Assembly: GCF_020745735.1 (NCBI RefSeq)
Contig: NC_083406.1
Coordinates: 94,899,164 to 94,963,163 of the forward strand
From: Hemiscyllium ocellatum
Lineage: Eukaryota
DNA length: 64,000 nucleotides
Direction: 5' to 3'
The notes under the pieces were generated by a model. It did not search any database. It was not told where the DNA came from and saw nothing but the letters and a program-made list of their open reading frames with translations. Positions 38,252-47,700 of this stretch are shown here, one piece after another. The position numbers and the translations under genes are program-made. The stretch's first letter is position 1, and each line of letters starts with the position of its first letter.

Positions 38252-38500
38252 CACCCAGGGCCGACAACCGCCAGCGGCTTCTCCCTCGCAACCGCGCGAG
38301 CCTATGACGGCGGGACAACGAGGCGGAAGCGAGCACCCGGCCGGGGATCGACGAGGGTGCTGCATGCAGCAAGAGGCTCCCCCCCGCCCCCCAGAGACAC
38401 AACATCGGCGGCTCCTCTGCCTGCAGCGCCACCCCTCGGCGCCCGCCTACCATCGCTGCAGCCAAGTACGTGGTTCAACTTTCAGGGCGTGGGAGTGAGC
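38130..38500 (-). promoter_or_regulatory. ALG5 CpG island / promoter
   Basis: The only strongly GC- and CpG-rich block in the window, and it overlaps exon 1. ETS-like GCGGAAG at ~38323-38329; ACGTGG at 38468-38473. Confidence 0.8.
38186..38251 (-). CDS. ALG5: ALG5 coding exon 1 ([22 protein letters not shown])
   Basis: ATG in strong context (gtgATGg), hydrophobic signal-anchor, donor CTG|gtgagt, inside a CpG island. Confidence 0.93.
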
Positions 38501-38532
38501 AGGAGCAGGAGCAGGAGCATGAGTATCTGTGT

Positions 38533-38630
38533 ACAGCTGCAAATGTGTTGCTGGTCAAAGCACAGCAGGCCAGGCAGCATCTCAGGAATAGAGAATTCGA
38601 CGTTTCGAGCATAAGCCCTTCATCAGGAAT
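38533..38630 (-). mobile_element. Solo PLE pLTR with intact hammerhead at the edge of the ALG5 CpG island
   Basis: 96/98 identical to 37054-37151. Confidence 0.88.
38599..38626 (-). ncRNA. Minimal type I hammerhead ribozyme motif (PLE-derived), intact core, ~350 nt upstream of ALG5 ATG
   Basis: Identical to the motif at 37120-37147. Confidence 0.8.
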
Positions 38631-38735
38631 ACAGTCGGTGTGACCGATACTGATCTTGGGCTTCACTTTCCCCCAGATTCCTGTATTCTCCAAGGGCAGA
38701 AATCACACAGGTTATTGTCCAACAGGTTTATTTGA

Positions 38736-38924
38736 TGATTTGGAGATGCCGGTGTTGGACTGAGGTGTACAGAGTTAAAAATCACACAACACCAGGTTAT
38801 AGTCCAACAGGTTTAATGGGAAGCACACTAGCTTTCGGAGCGACGCTCCTTTCAATCACCTGGTGAAAGCTAGTGTGCTTCCCATTAAACCTGTTGGACT
38901 ATAACCTGGTGTTGTGTGATTTTT
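38736..38924. mobile_element. Fold-back PLE pLTR insertion (second family) with 12-bp TSD, nested in an older related pLTR (~38700-39090)
   Basis: TSD aggtttatttga at 38724-38735 and 38925-38936; arms taaaaatcacacaacaccaggttatagtccaacaggtttaatgggaagcacactagctttc and its reverse complement. Confidence 0.85.
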
Positions 38925-39362
38925 AGGTTTATTTGAAATCACAAAGAAATTTCTAAGCGCTGCTCCTTCGTCAGGTGCAGTGAGAAAGAAGCGCAGAGAA
39001 CTTACAGCCAGAGAGACCAAGGGCAGAGATCATACAAATAGTGCGACTGGAGTGTTGAATAATAAGTTTCTGCAGGTGACCAAGAGTCTCCAAGGCAGTA
39101 TCAACTTTATTTCAGACTTGTAACTTGTGTCTTCCAGAGTGAAAACTGAGGCACAATGTTTTTCTTTGCCATTTCCTCATTCTCATGATAATTCTTCCTC
39201 CTCTGGTATGAGAGACCAACAGCTATTATTTAATATAGCAACTTTCTTCCTTTTCGCATACTTTTAAATCCGCTTGCCATGTTTTAAGATCTAGACAACT
39301 CTGATTTCCCCATACTGGAGACAATACTTGAAGAGATGCTTATATGGATCACAATGGTATCA

Positions 39363-39568
39363 GAATCGAGAGTGTGGTGCTGGAAAAGCACAGAAGGTCA
39401 GGCGGCATCCGAGGAGCAGGAGAATCGACATTTCAGGCATAAGCCCTTCATCACACTAAATGCCTGAAATGTCGATTTTCCTGCTCCTCAGATGTCGCCT
39501 GACCTGCTGTGCTTTTCCAGCACCACTCTCAACTCTGATCTCTCGCATCTGCAGTCCTCACCTTCTCC
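39363..39568. mobile_element. Fold-back PLE pLTR insertion with degenerate 14-bp TSD
   Basis: Inverted arms; flanks tcacaatggtatca (39349-39362) vs tcacatcgatatca (39569-39582), 11/14 match. Confidence 0.8.
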
Positions 39569-40449
39569 TCACATCGATATCACCAATTCCCACAAGCTAC
39601 AGATAGATTGAAGTGTTCAGGGACACCCTCCTGCTTAGTTGGGAGTTTGAACAACTGCTCCACTGGTCCCAACTGATCTCTCAAATTAACATAAAAGATG
39701 CCAAGGCGTGATTCAAAAAAGTAGAAATCTCCACAAGTTAATGCCAAAGTTATTCCCTCAAATAACAATGTAATAACAATGCATTTTTCACTCTAAGAGT
39801 CTGATGTGTGGAATGTTTGTTCATGACGGGTATTGCTTTATACTGTTTTCATTTTTCCATTCATGTAAGTGTCACCAACAAGTCCAGCATTTATTGCCTA
39901 TCTTGAATTACCCTTGAAAAGATGGTGCTGAGTTGTCATCTTAAACTGTTGCAATCCATTGTCAGTACATCCACAATGACATTACTAAAGGACTTTCAGG
40001 ATTTTATCCCAGCAACAGTGAAGGAAACATCGAGAATATTCCTTCATACTCCTGACCTGAGCTCAGCAGATTTAGCAAGTAAGTTATTGCAGAATTCCAA
40101 GTTTCTGATCTGCTCTTGTAGCAAAATATATAGAGTTCAGTTTCTGGTCAACACGTCCAAATAATTGTGGGGCATTCAATAACGGCAACACCAGCACATT
40201 TGGTTAGCACTTCAAACAACAATGCAATGACAATACATTTTTCCCTCTATCAGAGTTAGATATGTGGAATGTTTGTTAGATATGTGGAATGGTATTGCTT
40301 TACACATTTTTCACTTGTTCATTGCTTTAAACAGACAAATCTTCCATCACTGTCACACAGTGGCAGTAGCGTTTACATGATGCACTGTGACAATTCACGA
40401 AAGTTCCATCAAAAGTACCTGCAACATCCACCTCCGAGAAGGATGAAGC

Positions 40450-40880
40450 CTAAGCTAAAACGTTGTCCAGGTCGTGTGTGTGGATATTGTGGGAGCAGGC
40501 AGCTTGAGGTGGCTGGCGGTGAGAGCGGGAGCAGGCTACCTGGGGTGGCCAGTGGGAAGAGTGGCGATTCATGAGTCCAGGGTGGCAATGGGGTGAGGGG
40601 GGATGTTGAGCCTTTGTGAGGAGTGCAAGTTCAGCATGACCAGGCACTGAGGAACTGTGCTGTTGAATTGTTAACTATGTTTCTTTGTTTTTCCACTTTT
40701 TAGTAAGAAGGACTGCAATGTTTAACTCTTTACCATTGTTTTCCTTATTTGTCTGGTTTGTATCTAAGAATCTGTACCTAGGTACCTTTGTACCTAAGAT
40801 AGTGCTGTAAGTGATGACTTGTAAACTTTTCACTGTAATCATGTGAGTATATGTGACAATAAACCTAGTTCAATTGAATT
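40450..40880 (+). mobile_element. Unclassified non-autonomous retroelement with Rex1-like 3' end
   Basis: GC-richer body ending cttttcactgt...atgtgacaataaacctagttcaattgaattc. Confidence 0.45.
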
Positions 40881-41579
40881 CATGTCTGATTCTCACAAAT
40901 GAAGATCATGCAATCATCAGGGACAACTCCACTTTGACCAGAGATGGAAGGAAAGGTATTTGACAAAGCAGCTAAAGGTAGTTGGGTCTAGGACACCATC
41001 CCGAAGAACTCCTGCAGATATATCTTGGAACTGAGATTATTTGTGCCAGTTATGATCTCAACAGTTGGTGTATTCTGTTCTGTTTACAACAGTCAAATGC
41101 TGTAATGTTATCTTGTCCTGTCATCTGTTTTTTTTAAAGAAAATGCACTATTTAGTTTAATGACAGATTATTAAATGCTGTTATCAGCATTAGTTGTTGC
41201 CATTTCAGTGCAATTAAGGACTACAGTTGAAAAATTCTTCACAATTTGTCTTACATCCAATTCTTTAAATATTATGGTGTGACTTAGTTAGGATACAAAC
41301 TCGATGGGCCAAATGGCTTATTTTCTGCTCCTATAGTGTTGAAACTGACCTTTTTTCACCATAAACTTTAGGAAGAATACAGTGTTTAATTTAATCATAT
41401 TAGATGTACAGTATTTTTAATAAATACAAAAATATATATGCAGCCTGGTTAAAAGGAGTTGCAAAATATTGCTTCCTGAGGCTACAGTTGTCAATCATCG
41501 TGCCTGGACCAACTGGCCACATGGTTTCCATTTCCCTTCAGCACATTCAACACTGCAAAATAAAAAGAAAATAAAGCTT

Positions 41580-41760
41580 ACCACGCGGACATGTCGTCTA
41601 CAACGCGGGGATTGTAGGACAAGAAGAAGAAAACAAAATCAGCGCAAATCAATGAAGGAAGAAAGCTCGTAAATCTTCCGGTCTCTTTGAGGAATCTGCG
41701 AATCCATATCCCAGGTTCACATGGTTCAGAAAGAAGGAGAAGGATGGCGGCTGGATTCAA
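41580..41760 (+). promoter_or_regulatory. EXOSC8 proximal promoter / 5' UTR
   Basis: Local CpG retention; ETS motif CTTCCGG at ~41675-41681; ZNF143-like CTACAATCCC on the minus strand at ~41608-41617; YY1-like GATGGCGGC over the start codon. Confidence 0.65.
41744..41760 (+). CDS. EXOSC8: EXOSC8 coding exon 1 (MAAGFK)
   Basis: aggATGgcggctggattcaa|gtgtgt; matches the known MAAGFK N-terminus. Confidence 0.93.
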
Positions 41761-44700
41761 GTGTGTGAGAGGCAGAGGGAGTGAGGGGAGAGGGAGTGAG
41801 GGGGAAGGGGAGGGAGTGAGTGAGTGAGAGAGAGAGAGGCAGAGGCAGAGGCTGTGGGAGTGGGGGCAGTGAGAGGCAGGGCAAGGGAGGGGGAGAGATG
41901 GAATGGGTGGGAAAGAGGGAGGGGAGCCTGATGGTGTGGGAGATGTTGATGGTGTGAAAGTGTTGTGCAAATTGTCTTTCTAATATTTTTAATCATGAAT
42001 GATGCAATATAATATTGCATTGTATTCCCTTTCCTTTTTATTTTAGAATGGTAGAGCCTTTGGAATACTACAGGAAATTTCTGGTAGGCTATTTGTCATC
42101 TCTGGACAACTTACTTTTGTGAGATTTATACTTTGTGAATTTTTGAGAGAGAATGTTGTTGGAACTATGGAATGATCCTACAGTGAAGCTAGCTGTACCT
42201 TTGAACTATGATGCGAAAACCTTTTAAATGATATCCTCATGTGTTTTAGAAAGAAAATTGTCGACCTGATGGAAGGGAGCTGGGGGAATTCAGAACAACA
42301 ACTCTCAACATAGGTGAGAATTGCACAGTTTATCAAGTGCTTCCATTTGTAAAGTTCAGATTTAATAACTTTGCAACCCTTAATGACCACTTAAAGCAAT
42401 TTCTCTAAAATGAAAATGTTTTAAAGTAATTTAGCATGGCAGTCTCTACTGTATTTACAGAGGAGAACATTGGACTTTTCTGGACCCTGTTTTGTTTGGA
42501 ACTTCTCACAGCCAGCTCAGCTTTGCATTTCTGCTTGTCTCTTTCACTGCCTTTCCAAAGAATTAACTGCAGAGATTATGGCTTCGAGGACTGTCCAGTT
42601 GTCATTGTCAATGTCTGCCATATCTCACCGATGATCTTGCAGAGAGATGGACACCAAAAGGTCATGATCACGTAGCCACTACTGCCTTTGGGAAAGTGGC
42701 AGTCATTTATCCAATGAGACCAAAGGGCGTAAGAGTGATGAGTAAGTTCAAGGTTTCTGTAAGGCTTCAGTGCTGGTTGCTGTGGTTGTGGGTATATTCG
42801 TCGAGCTGGGAAGTTGATTTGCAGACGTTTCGTCCCCTGAGTAGGGGACACATTCAGTGCATTGGAGCCTCATGCGAAGCGCTGCCCTACTATGTCTTCC
42901 GGATTTTACTTGCTTCTGTTCCAGCTGCTTCCAGTTGCTGGATCCAGTAGTTTATTGTAGTGGCTGGTCTATTGGGTCTAGGTCTAGGTGTTTGTTGATG
43001 GAGTCCGTGGATGAGTGCCATGCTTCTAGAAATCCTCTGACTGTCTTATGTTTGGCTTGTCCTGTGATCCTTGTGTTGTCCCAGTCAAATTTGTGGTCCT
43101 TATCATGTGTGTGTGGCTACTAGGGACAGCTGATCGTGACTTGTACTTTGTTGTTCTTAGTCAGATTACTGTTGTTTTATGCACTCTTACTCAGTTTGGA
43201 TAAAACCGTTGCAGCTTTTGTAATGCATGTGTTGATTTTAGCATCAAGAAACTGATGGCTAGTAATTATGGAACCTAATACTTGAAACTATTAACAACCT
43301 CCAAAATCACATTGTTAGTGCTGATAGTTTGGCAGTGTGACATTAACATACACCTTAACATTTGACTTCCTGATCCTGATGGTCAAATCAAATTTGTTAC
43401 TAGTGCAAGAAATTCTATCCTTTGCAACTGCAGATTTTTCTCAGAATGGAATTTTAGCATTATCTACACATTGTTTGACGTGAACCTAATTCATTTTTGT
43501 CTTGGATTTCATCCTGTACTGGTATATAAGTAGAGAACCTCTATACAGGATCTAAAGGTAAATGAAAGCAGCAAAAAGAAAAATATGCAAAAGAATGTCA
43601 GTGTCAGCAAACAACTCTCTTTGAGCCCACTGCATCTCAGTGGGTACCAATACTATTGCTCTGCTGTAGTTTACCCATTGTATTGCCCTGCTGTAACTTA
43701 CCCATCAGGTCATCATGGAATGAAGAGATCACATTGAACAACTTCAGGCATCCAACTTTCTCCAACAGCTTAAATAGGTCTCTCTTGTTGTCACGAATGT
43801 CTTGGTGAGATCGGTGAAGATAATATATTTTTTTTGTTCAAGATATTTTTCTTCGAGCTTCTTCAATACATTAATTCCAGTTCTGAAACTGATTGTGAAA
43901 ATGTTTATGATCATATGAATGAGGAACAGAAGTACAGTAAGCTATTGAATCCCCAAGCCTGTTCCATTATTCAATAAAATTTGTGGCTGGTCTGTTTGTT
44001 TTGAATTCCACATTTGCATCTTCCCTCAATACCCCTTGACTCCTTTGTCTAACAAGAATCTTTCCACCTCCACCTTCTGAGAGAGAGAATTCAGAATGAG
44101 GGAAAACTTTTTAATTTTGTCCCAAAAGAGCGACCCTTAATTTTTAAAACAATGCTCCTTAATTCTGGCAAGAGAAAGCATCCTTTCCTCCTTTATCTTA
44201 TCGAGATCATTCCAGATTGTAAAGACATTAATCATGCCACCTCTCTTCTGAATTCCAATGGGAATAAGCCCAGCCTGTCTAGTCTATCCCTTTATAAGAT
44301 AATCTGTTCATTCCAGGTATTGATATGGTAAACCTCCTCTAAATCAACTCCAATGATTTTCTATCCTTCCTTAAATAAGATGACCAAAACTGCACATTGT
44401 ATTTGAAAGTGGTCTCACCAATGCTTTGTATAGCTGAAGCAAAATGTCCTTACATTTATATAGAATTTCTCTCATAATAAAGGATAGGATTCCATTAGCT
44501 ACCTTACTTGCTGTACCTGCTTAGGAACCTTTTGTGAACACCTTGATCTCCTGGCAGTTTGGAATTCTGCAGTTGATCTATATTTTCATTTTTCCTGTTG
44601 AGTGAAGAATTTTCTTTACCTAGGAAAGATATACTGCCATTGAAAGTTGTCCAGAGGAGGCCGGAACAACATTGTGTTAAGTATATAACAGATGTTGGCT

Positions 44701-47700
44701 ATTAACAAGATTAGTACCTAGGAATTGGTTCTGGCAAGTCTGGGAGAGACTCTATAGTCCAGCAGATGACAGATTTTGAATGGTAATTGAGGCATCTCAG
44801 AAAAGATAGTCAGTATATCAGGGCAAGACCAGAGCTGAAGTTGTTCTTTTGATCTGTGGTTTTTGAGCCATAGAATCATAGAGATGTACAGCATGGAAAC
44901 CCTTCAGTCCAACACAAGCAGAGGAGAGAATTTCTGCTGATGACACAACGTGTTGTTGCCTAATCTCTGTCACCTGATTCCCAAAGTGTAAAGAGTAAAA
45001 AACTGAGTTAGAAATATTATTACCTGTACCTGAGTGAAGTGAAAAGGTGACCTCGATTGCTTGTTTTACTGGAAACGTCAAGGAGTCCCTGTCTCCGCCT
45101 GTGAAACCATGCATTTAAATTATCTGGCCAGTTTTGTTCGTTTCTTTTATTTATCCCTTTAACTTTATTTGTTTGACTGTTTGTCTTTTCTGTGAGTGGG
45201 AGCTGGAAACAAGTGCTTGGAATGGAGGGGAGGGAATGGCCTCTCAGGGGAAAGGAACAGCAGGAGCCAGATAGTGCTAGGATTGACTCTGTTGGACAGC
45301 AGGGAGGCTTGAGTGTAGGTGAGTGGTAGCATTAGAAGAGGGGCACAGATAGGCATTTCTGTGGCTGTTAGTAAGACTCCAGGATTGTATGTTGCCTCCC
45401 TGGTGCCAGGGTAAAAGATATCCTGTGCCTATTCAGCGATATATTTCAACTTCAGTCACGGCATATATTGGAGATGAAAATTGGGGATTAAATTTAAGGT
45501 TCATCCTTCTACTTGACCTACTCTTTAATCCTACTTCAGGCTATCAGTTTAATCTCCTTCAGCCTTGGATTCTCCAATAACTTTATGTTATTCCAACTCT
45601 GACCTATCTCTTCGCCCTGCCACTGGGTGCTGTGCCTTCAACTACCTAATCTTTAAATTCTAGAATTACTTCTTCTGCTCTCTTAAGCCCTTTCTTGAAA
45701 TGTCTTTGCCAAGTGTTTAATCACCCCATCTAATGTTACTGTCCGTTTTTAGTCTGACTACATTCCTTAAAGATTTCCTCCATTAAAAGATCTTTATAAA
45801 TACATATGTTGGATGTGTAGTGATGAGGACTCCAATAATTAGTTGAACATATTAGTAATTTATATCAGCTTAACTCGTTTATACAAGTTAAATGATGCAG
45901 TAAAGCTAGGTATTAGTTTAGATCTTAGAAATGATTTTGAGAAGTGTGAACAGTTACAAGGAAGTTAATATTATGCGTGTGTATTTTTATTCATGCATTT
46001 ACTAACTGCTGACTGGTGAGATTAATAGGAATCTCTTAGATTCTATCTTTGTTATAGAATGAGATTCTAATGACAATGTGACAAATAATGTAACTTATTT
46101 GATGCCCTCTAAAGTGGAGTCACCGCTCACTATTTGCTTGTATGTTTACTTGTTACAATTTTTAAAAAAAGGAATCTGTCTTGAAACAGGAAAAATAACC
46201 TGTTGAAACTATGCTTTTCTGACTTCAGGTCTGATGTTACAGGTTCAATTACAACTGCAGATGGTTCTGCACTGGTAAAGCTGGGGAACACGACGGTTGT
46301 TTGTGGCATTAAAGTGGTGAGATATCAACATTCAGCTTTTTACCTTGTGTTTCTTGCAGTTTTATTCTACTCAGTTTTTAAAGTTCTTATGCAGTCATTA
46401 TATTGATTATTATCTAATAGCTAATAAATAGCATTTGTTTCATAGGTTGAAGAAAACAGACTGAGATAACTTGGAGGATATGATTTATTATTTAGTCAGG
46501 TACCCTGCTGAGAAGTGACTTGATTGAACACATACACGATCCTGATAGGTCTTGACAAGATGGATGTTTCCTCACATGGGAGAATTTAGAACCAGGGTCA
46601 TTGTTTAAAGAAATGGGGTCACCCACTTAAGACAGGTGCAGACATGATGAGGCAAATGGTCAAATCTGTACCAGAATGATTCTGTGAAGACAGGGATGAT
46701 AAGAATTTTTTTCTCTCAGGGTCGAGAGACTTAGGAACTCCCATCCTCAAAAGGTGGAAACCGAATCCTTAAACATTTTGAAGACACAGATAGACACAGA
46801 GAAACTCAGCAGATAAGGCAGCATCTGTGCAGAGAAAGCAGAGTTAACATTTCAAGTCCAGTCACCCTTCAGAACTAGAGATGCCCCAGTATGTGCAGAG
46901 AGTGTGCATTACTTTTTGTGAGACCTTCCTGAGTGAAATAAATGCAGTATTTGCATTTTGGTGGTTGCATTTGAAACTAGTCATGTGTGACACTTTTTAA
47001 AATATTTGGGAGGAAACAATAACACTGTCCGGCTCCATAATAAAACTTAGTTTGGACAATCTCACCATCTGAGTTCCAAATGGACATGGGCATATTATTT
47101 TTGGATGATTTAGCCAATTTCTCTGAAGTGTGACCATATTATGATTGCTGTAAGAAGTCGGGGAAATTGTATTGTAGCAGATAGCCTTCTGCACAGAGTT
47201 TTATCCTGAACTGGACTATATTCCAGGCTGAAAATACTGCAAACTCATCATTGGAAGACTTAAAGTATGCACCCTAGCACCTTTTTAACAGTGGCTTCAG
47301 ATTTCTAATCATAGAACTTCTGCATGTGGAAGCAGGCCATTCAATCCATCAAGTCCATACTAACCTTCCAAACAGCATCCCACCCCTGACCCAACCCCCT
47401 ACCCTATCCCTTTAACCCTGTATTTCCCATGGCTAACACACCTAACCAACACTTCCCTGGACGCTATGGGACAATATAGCATGGCCAATCCACCTAACTT
47501 GCACACATTTGTACTGTTGAAGGAAACTGGAACACCTGGAGGAAACCCTTGCAGACACAGGGAGAACATGCAAACTCTGCATAGACAGCTGCCTAAGGGT
47601 GGATTCAAACCTGGGTCCTTGGCGCTATGAACCATAGTGCCTCCCCAGTAATGTTGATCTTTGCAGACGTAATACTGTTTCCCCAGTTAGCAAAGAGGAA

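Noticed and set aside
38462-38480. UPR element (XBP1/ERSE-like CCACGT) in the ALG5 promoter
   Set aside because: Only the ACGTGG core is present, without the TG prefix or a correctly spaced CCAAT; too weak to call.
38108-38614. 168-aa plus-strand ORF over the ALG5 CpG island
   Set aside because: GC-rich antisense ORF with a non-ATG start that runs into a pLTR; expected by chance.
38736-39568. Long hairpins as pre-miRNAs or DNA-transposon MITEs
   Set aside because: The arms are repeated PLE pLTR sequence, physically linked to GIY-YIG coding remnants elsewhere in the window (shown for family A). They are asymmetric and have variable 12-15 bp TSDs.
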